DNA of 64,000 nt, taken from the NCBI RefSeq assembly GCF_003334815.1, contig NZ_QOWO01000011.1; one strand, written 5' to 3'. Positions within the stretch are counted from its first letter, which is position 1. Every line of letters starts with the position of its first letter. A program made the position numbers and the translations under genes. Below, piece by piece: positions 63,732 through 64,000 of the stretch. Source of the stretch: Escherichia coli (lineage in GTDB: Bacteria; Pseudomonadota; Gammaproteobacteria; Enterobacterales; Enterobacteriaceae). Under the pieces are notes generated by a model. It did not search any database, had not been told where the DNA came from, and worked only from the letters and a program-made list of their open reading frames with translations.

Positions 63732-64000
<269 letters not shown>

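Overview
This window is a contiguous stretch of Escherichia coli core chromosome running from the 3' end of envZ to the 5' end of tufA, in reverse orientation to the usual K-12 map. I recognise essentially every ORF as a known E. coli gene, and gene order and lengths match K-12: envZ', pckA, yhgE, hslO-hslR-yrfG-igaA, nudE, mrcA, hofMNOPQ, aroK-aroB-damX-dam-rpe-gph-trpS, yhfZYXW-php-yhfUTS, frlRDCBA, yhfL, cysG-nirCDB, tsgA, ppiA, yhfG-fic-pabA, argD, yhfK, crp, yhfA, prkB, yheUTS, kefGB-yheV, slyD, slyX, fkpA, yheO-tusDCB and rpsL-rpsG-fusA-tufA'. I found no rRNA, tRNA, CRISPR array, IS element, integrase or prophage-like content. I do not see a convincing novel system here; this is an ordinary, densely annotated region. 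The most unusual sequence feature is a perfect 50-bp tandem duplication inside yhfS (29341-29440) that frameshifts the gene into two ORFs. The most under-characterised content is the yhfZ-yhfS (php) cluster, whose substrate is unknown and whose terminal gene is broken here. Other points: rpsG carries the short 156-aa allele (TAA stop), so the strain is not wild-type K-12; fic has a degenerate Fic motif and its small upstream partner yhfG has an SxxxEG inhibitory motif; the nirB promoter carries the textbook FNR and NarL/NarP sites; several REP/BIME-type palindromic repeats and intrinsic terminators are readable. Gene identities come from recognising the translated proteins and motifs by eye, not from a database search.
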